DNA of 64,000 nucleotides from an uncultured virus (IMG/VR IMGVR_UViG_3300025617_000008) (lineage: Duplodnaviria > Heunggongvirae > Uroviricota > Caudoviricetes): IMG/VR virus record IMGVR_UViG_3300025617_000008. The stretch is one strand, 5' to 3'. Shown here in pieces: positions 36,542-46,725 of the stretch. The number at the start of each line of letters is the position of its first letter. Within the stretch, counting starts at the first letter, position 1. The notes under the pieces were generated by a model. It did not search any database and was not told the origin of the DNA. It saw nothing but the letters and a program-made list of their open reading frames with translations. The position numbers and the translations under genes are program-made.

Positions 36542-39500
36542 ATGAATAAAGATGTTTCCCAGAAACGTTACGTTATAACCGCTAAGACCAAGGAAGGCAC
36601 AGAACGCCTTTATGATGAATTGTGTTCAGCAGGTATTACTCCGTCGAATACCACTATAAGTAGATCAGTAATGATGGCTGAAAAAAGGCCAGCTAGTAGA
36701 TCTACAATATATTATCTTACTAGAAAAGAAGCTATTTCTTTAAAGCTACATCCTGATGTAAAATCAGTACAGCCGTTGCCTAGCGATATGGGAATATCTT
36801 TAGAAACACATGCTGTATCGCAGACATCAAACTTTAGTAGAACTGCTACACAAAATTCAAACCATAAAAATTGGGGACTGTTACGATGTGTTGAAGGCGG
36901 AGTAAACGAAGACTGGAATGGAGATAATACACAAACAATTACCTTAACAGAAACAGGAAAAAATGTTGATTGTGTTATTATGGATGCCGACGGGCAGGTG
37001 GTTGGTCATCCAGAGTTTGCTGTTAACGTAGATGGTACAGGAGGATCAAGAGTTAATCTTATTGATTGGTATGATCTATATAACGATGAAGTAGGTGGCG
37101 TAGAAGGTAATACTTATAACTATGGACAATACACTAGTGGTAACTATCATTCTGTTCACGTAATGGGAACTGTGGGTGGTAACACACAAGGTTGGGCAAG
37201 AGATGCTAACCTCTATACTATATTTTATTATGCTGGCGATGTAGGCAATACTAATTTTCCGTATGTTTATGATTATGTAAAAGAGTTTCACAAACAGAAA
37301 GCAATCAATCCAGATACCGGAGTAAAAAATCCAACTATTGTAAACAGCAGTTGGGGCATGAGTATATTCCCAAACCAATGGAGCTTTAATGATATTACGG
37401 CCGTTACTTATAGAGGAACACGATATACAACTACTGAGGGTGCTTCATCTCCTAAAGGCTTTAACGGAATATATCCCTCAACTGGAACTTCTCAACTAGA
37501 TGGATTTAACTATAATGAAGGTGGTGTCATCAAGGGCGATTGGGTAACTTATGATTGCTCAACTTCAGGAACTGAAAATCCCGGCGATAGAGAAGGAACT
37601 CTTACTCCGTTCCCATCTGGTGGGTTAGTTGGAGGTAGCGGATGGACTGTTTCAGGGGGAACTAGAGCATATCTAAACGATACTAAAAAAGTACAAACAA
37701 CTAATACAGTTTACGTAGGAACTTTGCCATTAGCTGGTACAAGATACGGCGATTTTACCGTTGATATCAAACACGATATTTCATACGGCACACCAACAGA
37801 TACTGTAGATCTTGATATTCAAGTACAAATTACAGATCCTGATGGTATAGTAGTAGCAACATATACTGACGGTATATACACCGGTGCTTCTGTAAATGCT
37901 GTCATTGAAGAAAGTTTTACTGTAAACAAAGACGGTACATACACCATAGTGCTTACAACCAATTATGGTGCCGAGCCTAATCCCAACTGTACATTTGATA
38001 CAGATATTGACATTATATTAAACGTTACAGAAGATACAACTCCGGCGGCAACCGCAACAAGAACTGCTAACGGTGAAAGCAATGTTAGCATTGGTAGTAT
38101 TGCTAACTTAACTCCTTATACAAGTCCTACTACCGGAACCAACGATGACGGTCATTGGACATTTAATTTGCCATTCACAGTTAATTTTCTAGATCAAGAC
38201 TATACTGAACTATCTGTTGGCACAAATGGTTACATAACATTTGGCGGGGGATCAAGTGTAGAACCTAATTTAGCGGCTTTTGCTGTTCCGTATCCTAAAA
38301 TTATGATAGCCAGTGGTAATGCTAATACTGGTGGTGCGAGCAGTAACACTAGTTGTCAAAGAATATATACCGGTGTAGAATCTAAAGGAGTTTACACTAC
38401 TCCTGTTAACACATATACATTTGATGCTATTAACAACAGTAATGTAGCATACAATATAGACGGCACTGATAGAAACGGAACAGTAGACGGAGATGGTGCT
38501 ACAATTAATATATTAGTAGGTGACACAATAGAAATAACTAACAATTCAAACTTTGCTCACCCATTATATCTTAAAATTGCTCAAGTTTCAGGCACAGGAA
38601 GTCAGGTAAGCGGGGCAACAGGTCAAGGAGCATATGGCGGAAGCACAGTAAGTTGGTCTCCAGCTACGCCAGGAACGTATTATTATCAGTGCTCTAGTCA
38701 CTCTAATATGAATGGACAAATTATTGTTGGCGCGAATTCAAGTTTTAGCTATTACAAAGTAGTGTTTGAAGGAAATGCAGCAAGCAGTGGTACACTAGGA
38801 GATCCTGGAATACGCTGGGAAGTAAGATTTGATGAAGAAAATCCAGCGGATTTTAGAGTCACTATCGAACAAAACAACAATGTATATACTAGCATATCAC
38901 CTTTCACAACAGCGCAACTTAACGACTTTGGATTTATTTCTAATAAACGTATTCCAGTACCGGTAGATGCTTTAGACGGAGACATTGAAGATGCCATTAA
39001 TGAAGGTATCATTAACATAAGTTCCGCAGGTAATGGAGATTGGTATCATGCCGCTCCTGGTGATCAAGATTGGGATAATACATTTGAAATGGCTAATCGA
39101 TATCCCGACTCTGTTGATTTTCCTTACTACTATATGAGAGGAAGTTCTCCAGGGCGTTACGATACTACAGCAACAGGTGGATTTGAGTTGCCTACGATTG
39201 TTGTTGGTTCAATGGGTAACTACGGAGCAGTAGACGATAAACCTGCTGATTACAGTGACAGAGGCCCGGGAATAACTATTTGGGCGCCAGGCACGTATAT
39301 TCAAAGTGCATTTACTAACGCAGTATCAATTACTGACCCAAGAAGTGCTACGTATAGGCTTTATAAAATATCAGGAACTTCAATGTCTAGTCCGCAAGTA
39401 GCAGGTGTAATTGCTTGTCTAGCAGAAACATATCCAGAAATGACCTGTCAAGAAGCTAAGGATCTTATTGTAAGTTTAGCTGAAAGAGATGCAATACAAG

Positions 39501-39670
39501 ATTCAGGATCCGATGATTACGAAGATGTTGAAGCATTGTTAGGATCTCCAAATCTATTATTGAGATACGTACAACAGAGAAAAGCACAAGGAACTACTTT
39601 TCCTAAGCGAAACTTTAAATCAAGGCCGGACTCAGGGCAAGCGTATCCAAGGTCACGAATCAGAAGATAG
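36542..39670 (+). CDS. Subtilisin-like S8 protease with large inserted domains, in the virion gene block
   Basis: GKNVDCVIMD (Asp), HSVHVMGT (His), NSSWG, SAGNG, SGTSMSSPQVAG (Ser). Confidence 0.85.
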   Translation: MNKDVSQKRYVITAKTKEGTERLYDELCSAGITPSNTTISRSVMMAEKRPASRSTIYYLTRKEAISLKLHPDVKSVQPLPSDMGISLETHAVSQTSNFSRTATQNSNHKNWGLLRCVEGGVNEDWNGDNTQTITLTETGKNVDCVIMDADGQVVGHPEFAVNVDGTGGSRVNLIDWYDLYNDEVGGVEGNTYNYGQYTSGNYHSVHVMGTVGGNTQGWARDANLYTIFYYAGDVGNTNFPYVYDYVKEFHKQKAINPDTGVKNPTIVNSSWGMSIFPNQWSFNDITAVTYRGTRYTTTEGASSPKGFNGIYPSTGTSQLDGFNYNEGGVIKGDWVTYDCSTSGTENPGDREGTLTPFPSGGLVGGSGWTVSGGTRAYLNDTKKVQTTNTVYVGTLPLAGTRYGDFTVDIKHDISYGTPTDTVDLDIQVQITDPDGIVVATYTDGIYTGASVNAVIEESFTVNKDGTYTIVLTTNYGAEPNPNCTFDTDIDIILNVTEDTTPAATATRTANGESNVSIGSIANLTPYTSPTTGTNDDGHWTFNLPFTVNFLDQDYTELSVGTNGYITFGGGSSVEPNLAAFAVPYPKIMIASGNANTGGASSNTSCQRIYTGVESKGVYTTPVNTYTFDAINNSNVAYNIDGTDRNGTVDGDGATINILVGDTIEITNNSNFAHPLYLKIAQVSGTGSQVSGATGQGAYGGSTVSWSPATPGTYYYQCSSHSNMNGQIIVGANSSFSYYKVVFEGNAASSGTLGDPGIRWEVRFDEENPADFRVTIEQNNNVYTSISPFTTAQLNDFGFISNKRIPVPVDALDGDIEDAINEGIINISSAGNGDWYHAAPGDQDWDNTFEMANRYPDSVDFPYYYMRGSSPGRYDTTATGGFELPTIVVGSMGNYGAVDDKPADYSDRGPGITIWAPGTYIQSAFTNAVSITDPRSATYRLYKISGTSMSSPQVAGVIACLAETYPEMTCQEAKDLIVSLAERDAIQDSGSDDYEDVEALLGSPNLLLRYVQQRKAQGTTFPKRNFKSRPDSGQAYPRSRIRR

Positions 39671-39696
39671 GATAAATAGTTAGTAGGAGCATTTTA

Positions 39697-40374
39697 ATGG
39701 CAATACAAGAAATTAATATTGGTAACTTAGTAAACGACGGGACTGGTGATGACATCAGAACCGCTTTTCGCAAGGTTAATGAAAACTTCACTTCGTTAAG
39801 TAACGAGCTAGCAGTTACTGGATTAAATTTAGGTTCTGGATCAGGAGTATTTGTTGAAAAAGAAAACAACATACTTAAGATGAGATCTATTGTCGCCGGG
39901 CCAAACATTTCAGTTTCTGAAAATGCTCAAGATATTACAATAGGTACAACTCTACAAAATGTTTTTGGTTCTGTTGTAACTAACAATGGAACAGTAGTAG
40001 CAACAAGCGATAATGATTCATTACAACTTATCGAAGGCAGTAATGTTAACATTCAAGCTTCAGGTAAACAAATTACAATTAGTGCTGATCTTGTAAATGC
40101 TCAATTAACAGGACCTTTAGATCTAAACGGTCAAAGCATCATAGGCACTGGAACAATTAATATTAATGGGGCAATAACTGCTTCAAACTTTATAGGTAAC
40201 TACGGGGGTGCTAGTCAAGAAAGTATTCTTAACGCACTCTTTGATAATGATTTTGGAGGGATTAACCAAGACCCTCAAAACGCAGTTCAAGCACTTTATC
40301 AGATTTCAGACTACGACTACGGTACAATTTTAGCACCGTCTGATAATAGCGTTGACCTAGGAACAATAATATAA
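39697..40374 (+). CDS. gp9/gp10-like baseplate/fibre connector protein
   Basis: INIGNLVNDGTGDDIRTAFRKVNENF N-terminus. Confidence 0.8.
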   Translation: MAIQEINIGNLVNDGTGDDIRTAFRKVNENFTSLSNELAVTGLNLGSGSGVFVEKENNILKMRSIVAGPNISVSENAQDITIGTTLQNVFGSVVTNNGTVVATSDNDSLQLIEGSNVNIQASGKQITISADLVNAQLTGPLDLNGQSIIGTGTININGAITASNFIGNYGGASQESILNALFDNDFGGINQDPQNAVQALYQISDYDYGTILAPSDNSVDLGTII

Positions 40375-40389
40375 CGGAGATATAAACAA

Positions 40390-41811
40390 ATGGCCTTAAG
40401 AATTAGAAGAGGAACTGACGCAGAGAGATTAACAATCACTCCAGATGCCGGTGAACTCATTTACACAACAGATACAAAAGCACTATATGTCGGTGATGGG
40501 ACATTAGTAGGAGGAAAACTTCTTGCTAGTGGTACTACTATTATTAGCGACATTATATTAAACAGCAACGATATTACAGGAACAGGTAATATTGATATTA
40601 CAGGTAATATTGATGTAACTGGTAATATTCACGCACAAGGTAATATTACAGCAGACGGTAACTTAACATTAGGTGATGCTGATACTGATGGTATTACTCT
40701 AAACGCAGAGCTAACTTCAGATATCATACCAGATGCTACTGATACGTATGCTCTCGGTTCAACTAACAACAGATGGAACTTAGCAGTAATTAATAGTGTA
40801 CAGGCCAGTACTATTACAACTGACACAATCGCAGGAACATTAGATGGCGATGTTAAAGGTTCTGTTTTTGGTGAAGATTCTACTCCGTTAATCGACGCCA
40901 TTGCTAGTAAAATTATTGGTCCTATCGAAAACGGTAACACTGCTACGTTTACAGGCACCGTTGATATGACAGGTGCTACAGTAACAGGTGATGTTACAGG
41001 TGATGTTACAGGTAATTTAACTGGTGATGTTACAGGTGATGTTACAGGTAATTTAACTGGTAAGATTGTCGATAACAACGGTCAGGATGTTGTTATTATT
41101 AACGAACCAACTCTAGATAACGGCAATGGAACATTGTTTATTGGTGCGTTCTTAGGCGACCTAAGAGGATCTATTTTTGGAGATGATTCTACTATACTTG
41201 TTGATCAAACAGAATCACAAATTAACTTAGATGGAACTATTAGAGATAATGTTAGACCCGATACAGACGGAACTTACGAGTTAGGTGGTTCGCTTAACGG
41301 ATTCTCTGATGCCCATATTAGAGGAAAGATCTATCTTGGAACTTACGACAATGTCAATTTAAGAACTGAGAATGTTCTTAGCGTTGATAGACTTAGCGTT
41401 AAAGGCGGAATTGTTACACGACCTCCGGTACAGACAACCTTAAACGGCAATGTACAAACTGGAGTATCAAGAACAACTGTTGCTATTAATAATGATTCAA
41501 ATATTCAAAACGGTGCTATCTTTAGACTCCCGGGCACAGACGAACTTGTAGTACAAAGTGTTGCCGCTGGCGTTGTAACAACTACAACATCGTGGACAGC
41601 ATCAGGCGGTAACGGCGGCGATACTATTACGTTTTATAATCCTGCGGTAGGAAACAGTGTATACACTGATTCAGCACCAGCAAGCGGTGTTGGAAAGCCT
41701 GGTGATACTCCAGGACTTATGTTTGCCGATGCTTCTTATACTTACATGTGTCGAGGTACATATGACGGCGTTACAGAAATTTGGACCAGATCAGCGCATG
41801 TTGCTTGGTAA
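40390..41811 (+). CDS. Tail fibre with Mtd-like N-terminal domain
   Basis: LRIRRGT...GELIYTTDTK.LYVGDG; G[DN][VL]T repeats. Confidence 0.8.
   Translation: MALRIRRGTDAERLTITPDAGELIYTTDTKALYVGDGTLVGGKLLASGTTIISDIILNSNDITGTGNIDITGNIDVTGNIHAQGNITADGNLTLGDADTDGITLNAELTSDIIPDATDTYALGSTNNRWNLAVINSVQASTITTDTIAGTLDGDVKGSVFGEDSTPLIDAIASKIIGPIENGNTATFTGTVDMTGATVTGDVTGDVTGNLTGDVTGDVTGNLTGKIVDNNGQDVVIINEPTLDNGNGTLFIGAFLGDLRGSIFGDDSTILVDQTESQINLDGTIRDNVRPDTDGTYELGGSLNGFSDAHIRGKIYLGTYDNVNLRTENVLSVDRLSVKGGIVTRPPVQTTLNGNVQTGVSRTTVAINNDSNIQNGAIFRLPGTDELVVQSVAAGVVTTTTSWTASGGNGGDTITFYNPAVGNSVYTDSAPASGVGKPGDTPGLMFADASYTYMCRGTYDGVTEIWTRSAHVAW
40987..41061 (+). repeat. 2 x 36-bp tandem coding repeat built from 12-bp units
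   Basis: (GGTGATGTTACA)2-GGTAATTTAACT repeated twice. Confidence 0.85.
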
Positions 41812-41822
41812 GGAATTAATTA

Positions 41823-44387
41823 ATGGCAATTACATGGAATACTCCATCAGGCTCATTAGGAACAATTAATGAGCGAGAAAAACAGGATATACCTTTAGAT
41901 GTAAGTTCTGATACTGGTGATTATTCCATTGAAATAATTGCCGGACGTATTCCTAAGGGTCTTAGAATTGAAAATAGAAGTATTGTAGGAACACCTCTAG
42001 AAGTAGCAAAAGAAACAATTAGTAAATTTGTTGTTAGAGCTAGAGACGCTGATGATATAGGCGATAGAACATTTACTATAACAGTTCTAGGGGCAGACGA
42101 ACCAACTTGGGCAACACCCGAGGGATTACTTCCTGTAGGTCCAAACGATACATATTTTGTACTAGATAACGACAAAGTAGATTTTCAACTACAAGTATTA
42201 GATCCAGATATTCCAGCAGGCGATACTATTGAGTATTACATTCCATTTAATGGCGGTAGTTTGCCTCCAGGTCTATCTTTATCTAAGACAGGAAGAATAA
42301 GCGGATTCACTGATCCTATTTTCAGCTTAGACTATAAAATTCTAAGCGGTAACTTTGATTTAAATTTATTTGATTCAGAGCCGTATGATCTAGGTACTCG
42401 ACCATCTAGTGGTTTTGATACTTTTGATTTTGACGGTGCTACTTTTGATTACTTTGAAGAAACTAATTTTCCTCGAAGGCTAACACGTTACTATCAATTT
42501 GTGATTGCCGCTACAGACGGAATACATGAAATACGCAGAACATTCCAAATATATGTTGTAAGTGAAAGTTTCTTAAGATCCGATAACACTATTATGCAAG
42601 TGGCAACTGGAATTTTCCGTGCTGACAACACCTTCTATAGAAATCCTGTTTGGCTTACAGATCCCGAGTTAGGTATTAAAAGAGCAAATAACTACGTAAC
42701 AGTTTTCCTAGATGTATATGATCCGCCAACAATGGCTGGACTAATTACGTATCAGTTTGAAACTGTTAATCCAGAGATTAATGCCAAAACAATATCAATT
42801 AGTCTTGTTGATAGAACTTATTTAGATATTGAGGTTGAAGTAGATAGCAAAGGCAAATGGAGTATGCCAAAGCGTAATCAAAAAGTTGCTATTAAAGATG
42901 TATATGATTTTACAGATAGTACTCTGGGCACATATACTATTAACAGAGTTGAAACTCTTAATGAACCAAAAAGACAATTTAGGATTCATCTAGATCCTCA
43001 ACTTGTAGAAAAGATTGGAAAGAATGTTGAGATAATAATTGGCACGCCAAGCGAGTTGCCGCCAGGGTTAACTGTTGATACACTCAACGGTGAACTTACT
43101 GGACAGATACCTTACCAGCCTAGAATTACAACTGAGTATAATTTTACTGTAACAGCAAAAGCATCGTATGAAGGTGTAGTAAAAGCAAGTACTCCTAGAA
43201 CTTTTAATATAAAGATTATTGGCGAAATTGAAAGTGGTATTGAATGGATTTCAGATCTAAACTTAGGTTCTCTAACTCCCAATACTAATAGTAATCTGTT
43301 TGTTGACGCAACTAGTAAATTGAGAGGCGGAACAACTGTATTTGTTTTAGAATCAGGTAAACTTCCTCCGGGGCTAACACTTATAACTAGCGGAGAAATT
43401 GTAGGTAAAGTAAATCAAATCGGTAACAACGAATTAGACGGTATTACAAGATTTTATAACAACGACGGTAGCAGTGCTTTAGATTATACATCAACTACTT
43501 ATGATAGTGATCTAACTAGTTTTGATAGAACTTATACATTTGTAGTGGCTGCCAGAGATATCTTTAACTATACCGAAAGTTCCAAAACTTTCCAAATAAC
43601 TATTAATAGTGCAGCAGACACTAGTTACAGTAATTTATTTTTTAAAGTATTACAGAAGCAAAGTAAGAGAAATAAATTTAATAACTTTATAAACGATACA
43701 GGAATATTTGATCCTAGTAAAATTTATAGATACGGCGACCCAGCATATGGTATTCAAAATGAATTAAAAATGTTAATGTATGCCGGGATTGAATCAAAAG
43801 ATGCTTACACTTTTGTTAATGCCATGACCCGTAATCATTATAATAAAAGATTAAAGTTTGGTGCTATTAGAAAAGCATTAGGCAAAAATCAAATAACACA
43901 ACAAGTCGAATACGAAGTTGTTTATGTTGATATAATCGATTCGTTACAAAAGAATGGAAAATCAATATCTGGAATTATAGAATTGCCAGATAAAATTAAT
44001 AGTCCTGTAAGAATTAGCATGGACGATATAAGCGTTGATAGTGATATTCAGCTAGCAAGTGATAGAGATCATCAACGTATTTGGCCAAACAGCATTAAGA
44101 ATATGCGTAAAAGACTTAAAAATATTGGCAAAAGAGATAGAACTTTTTTACCATTATGGATGCGTAGTATTCAAGAAGATAGTTTTGTAGAGCCTGGGTT
44201 TGTAAGCGCAATGCCAATTTGTTACTGTAAACCTGGTATGGCTGACGATATTGTATTAAATATAAAGAATAGCGGATTTGATTTCAAAATAATGGATTTT
44301 GTGGTTGATAGGTATCAGATTGACAATCTAGACACTATAGCAGGCGATAAATATCTTGCATTTCCGCAACGTGGAGAAAAAATATAA
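41823..44387 (+). CDS. Ig-like (He_PIG-type) repeat baseplate/virion protein
   Basis: Repeated G.LPPGL.L...G.I.G units. Confidence 0.8.
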   Translation: MAITWNTPSGSLGTINEREKQDIPLDVSSDTGDYSIEIIAGRIPKGLRIENRSIVGTPLEVAKETISKFVVRARDADDIGDRTFTITVLGADEPTWATPEGLLPVGPNDTYFVLDNDKVDFQLQVLDPDIPAGDTIEYYIPFNGGSLPPGLSLSKTGRISGFTDPIFSLDYKILSGNFDLNLFDSEPYDLGTRPSSGFDTFDFDGATFDYFEETNFPRRLTRYYQFVIAATDGIHEIRRTFQIYVVSESFLRSDNTIMQVATGIFRADNTFYRNPVWLTDPELGIKRANNYVTVFLDVYDPPTMAGLITYQFETVNPEINAKTISISLVDRTYLDIEVEVDSKGKWSMPKRNQKVAIKDVYDFTDSTLGTYTINRVETLNEPKRQFRIHLDPQLVEKIGKNVEIIIGTPSELPPGLTVDTLNGELTGQIPYQPRITTEYNFTVTAKASYEGVVKASTPRTFNIKIIGEIESGIEWISDLNLGSLTPNTNSNLFVDATSKLRGGTTVFVLESGKLPPGLTLITSGEIVGKVNQIGNNELDGITRFYNNDGSSALDYTSTTYDSDLTSFDRTYTFVVAARDIFNYTESSKTFQITINSAADTSYSNLFFKVLQKQSKRNKFNNFINDTGIFDPSKIYRYGDPAYGIQNELKMLMYAGIESKDAYTFVNAMTRNHYNKRLKFGAIRKALGKNQITQQVEYEVVYVDIIDSLQKNGKSISGIIELPDKINSPVRISMDDISVDSDIQLASDRDHQRIWPNSIKNMRKRLKNIGKRDRTFLPLWMRSIQEDSFVEPGFVSAMPICYCKPGMADDIVLNIKNSGFDFKIMDFVVDRYQIDNLDTIAGDKYLAFPQRGEKI

Positions 44388-44995
44388 TGACAAGTAATGT
44401 AAACGCAACACAAATTGACGAAACTTATCCAATCGCAGGACAGGATAATGATACACAAGGATTTAGAGATAATTTTAATTACATTAAATCTGCTTTAACA
44501 ACTACCGGTACTGAAATTACCGCACTACAAAATAAAACAGCTGGACTAAATGTTAGTTCAATCAGCGACGGCGGCGATTTTAATAATCAAATTATAAGCA
44601 ATGCTGTGCTAAAAGAGAATAGTAAAAGTATTATTAACGGTGGCGGCGTAACACAAGCGGCTGTTGAACTCAATCACGGTAATGGTGACTACCAAGTTTT
44701 TCAATTAAAAACTGATGTGACTTTTAATTTCCAAGTTAGTAACTTTATCGATGACGGAAACTTACAAGAATTTGAAATTGAATTGCGCGGCGATGGAACT
44801 CAAAGAAATGTTGCGTTTTCAACAAACGGTGATTATGCTTTACTTAAAGATAATAATTGGCCTGGTTCATTTACTGTACAGCAAACAGATGTTATTCACA
44901 TTGTAAAAATTAAATTCCGTAAAAGACAAGACGGGTCAGCATTTCCTTTACCCGCAACTGTGCTGTTAAAGTACGAAGGCTCATACCAGGTTTAA
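44387..44995 (+). CDS. Virion structural protein
   Basis: ID.TYPIAGQDNDTQGFRDNF N-terminus. Confidence 0.75.
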   Translation: MTSNVNATQIDETYPIAGQDNDTQGFRDNFNYIKSALTTTGTEITALQNKTAGLNVSSISDGGDFNNQIISNAVLKENSKSIINGGGVTQAAVELNHGNGDYQVFQLKTDVTFNFQVSNFIDDGNLQEFEIELRGDGTQRNVAFSTNGDYALLKDNNWPGSFTVQQTDVIHIVKIKFRKRQDGSAFPLPATVLLKYEGSYQV

Positions 44996-44996
44996 T

Positions 44997-45245
44997 ATGA
45001 TACATCCATTTTCAGAGGATCTATCTAAACTTAAAGATCAAGAGATTGAGTTAAAAATCTCTGAGCTATCTAACAAATATCTGGTAGCTCAGCGAATTGG
45101 TAATCATGAACTATTGACACAAGTACAAACATTTGTTACAATATACAGAGAAGAAATGGCTCGTAGGTATAGACAAACAATGAAAAACTCTGCTCAAGAA
45201 ATGGAGAAGGGTGACTTGGATCAATTAGTAAATGTTAACAAATAA
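44997..45245 (+). CDS. Small hypothetical protein
   Basis: Tightly coupled ORF. Confidence 0.7.
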   Translation: MIHPFSEDLSKLKDQEIELKISELSNKYLVAQRIGNHELLTQVQTFVTIYREEMARRYRQTMKNSAQEMEKGDLDQLVNVNK

Positions 45246-45711
45246 ACACAAAGACTTAATTACAGGCATTTTAACACACGGCCCAGATGTGTTAGAAACA
45301 GCATACACGAAAGATATCAGTGATGATATCCAAAAATATGTTGATCGCTGTATTCAAGAAAAATTAAATTATCCTATGCCAATGGTTGATATTCCATCAA
45401 CCAGAGAATGGTTTATTCCAAAAGAATATAAAGAAATAGATATTCGTGATTGGTTATTATCAAAATGTAGCACACAAGATCAAATAGATCGTGTTAATAT
45501 CGAACTAGATTTGTTTGACAAACAGGGCATGACTGACATTTTACCAGTTATGATATATGTTGTTGATACATTAAGATCTCAAGATATTGTGTGGGGAGTA
45601 GGCAGAGGCAGTTCCGTTTCTTGCTACTGCTTATACCTAATAGGGATACATAAGATTGATAGTTTAAAATACGATCTACCAATTAACGAATTCTTTAAAG
45701 AAGGAGACTAA
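45232..45711 (+). CDS. Stand-alone fragment of DNA polymerase III alpha subunit
   Basis: RV..EL, WGVGRGSSV...LYLIGI..ID.LKY.L; ends before the PDIDxD motif. Confidence 0.85.
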   Translation: MLTNKHKDLITGILTHGPDVLETAYTKDISDDIQKYVDRCIQEKLNYPMPMVDIPSTREWFIPKEYKEIDIRDWLLSKCSTQDQIDRVNIELDLFDKQGMTDILPVMIYVVDTLRSQDIVWGVGRGSSVSCYCLYLIGIHKIDSLKYDLPINEFFKEGD

Positions 45712-45712
45712 T

Positions 45713-45952
45713 ATGTCAAAAGTAGTAAGAACAATGCAAGGTAAAGAAATTGATATGGAAAAACTTCAGATGGCTAACGAATTAACGCCAGCTGTAGGAA
45801 ATGTCAAAGTAAACGCTAGAGGCGATGAGATTGGCCCAGGCGGAAAAATTGTAAAAACTCGTGAAGAAGTAATGAAAGAGTTTTACGATAAGCGTAATAA
45901 AAACGCTGTACAGCCTGATAATAAAATGGTTCCAGATAACGACGGAGAATAA
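45713..45952 (+). CDS. Small conserved phage protein
   Basis: GGAG RBS; AVGN.KVNARGD.IG.GG. Confidence 0.75.
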   Translation: MSKVVRTMQGKEIDMEKLQMANELTPAVGNVKVNARGDEIGPGGKIVKTREEVMKEFYDKRNKNAVQPDNKMVPDNDGE

Positions 45953-45954
45953 GA

Positions 45955-46356
45955 ATGCCCACACTTCGTAATCAAAAAATTCGTCCCATCAAAGACAGAG
46001 TTCTTGTTTCAGACATGGATTTTGGTGAACAAAAAACTGCCGGAGGCATTATCATTAACAGTGATGATGGCAAGGCACACGGTGTTTACCCTCGTTGGGG
46101 TAAAGTATTCGCAGTAGGCCCTGATCAGAATGATGTTAAAGTTGGAGAATGGGTTCTAATCGAACACGGTCGTTGGACACGTGGTATTGATTTAATCGAT
46201 GATGTTGACGGTAAGGAAGTTAAAACAACTATTAGAATGGTTGAGAATAAAGCAATGTTAGCAACATCAGATGAAAAACCTTCTGGACATAGTATCGGAA
46301 AAGAATTTAGTGACGGACCGGCAACAATCCGGCCAGAAGAATTTGGCGCAAACTAA
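45955..46356 (+). CDS. groES: Co-chaperonin GroES-like
   Basis: IRPIKDRVLV, TAGGII, GKVFAVGP, VKVG. Confidence 0.85.
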   Translation: MPTLRNQKIRPIKDRVLVSDMDFGEQKTAGGIIINSDDGKAHGVYPRWGKVFAVGPDQNDVKVGEWVLIEHGRWTRGIDLIDDVDGKEVKTTIRMVENKAMLATSDEKPSGHSIGKEFSDGPATIRPEEFGAN

Positions 46357-46365
46357 GAGGCAACA

Positions 46366-46719
46366 ATGACAAATCCATTTAAAGATATTGACACGTTTCA
46401 AACAGCGTGTGACCAAGAACCAAGCGAAGCAAACTATAAAATGTATCTAAGTCTTATCGACGAAGAGTGCTTAGAATTACAAGAAGCAGTTGATACAAAC
46501 GATCGTGTAGAACAGCTCGACGCACTTGTTGATATTCTTGTTGTTACTATGGGTGCTATTCGTGCCGCGGGTTGGGACGGCGAAGGTGCTTGGAAAGAAG
46601 TGATGGACACAAACTTTGCTAAGATTGATCCTGCGACAGGTAAAGTACGTAAACGCGGAGACGGTAAAGTTCTAAAACCAGAAGGCTGGAAAGCACCTGA
46701 ACTAGAAAAATTTTTGTAG
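46366..46719 (+). CDS. MazG-like all-alpha NTP pyrophosphohydrolase
   Basis: LIDEE..E...DAL.D...G...EV...N..K...GKVLKP. Confidence 0.82.
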   Translation: MTNPFKDIDTFQTACDQEPSEANYKMYLSLIDEECLELQEAVDTNDRVEQLDALVDILVVTMGAIRAAGWDGEGAWKEVMDTNFAKIDPATGKVRKRGDGKVLKPEGWKAPELEKFL

Positions 46720-46725
46720 TAAGTT

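Noticed and set aside
35614..41061. Tandem 12/24/36-bp repeats as regulatory arrays
   Set aside because: In-frame repeats encoding G[DN][VL]T fibre units
40390..41811. Diversity-generating retroelement target (Mtd-like gene)
   Set aside because: Only the N-terminal attachment module is Mtd-like; no reverse transcriptase or template/variable repeat pair seen in the window
15400..42175. Many antisense ORFs inside structural genes (e.g. 16839-17342, 19871-20272, 34141-34524, 40629-41078)
   Set aside because: Shadow frames produced by codon bias of the Thr/Gly/Asp-rich genes on the other strand
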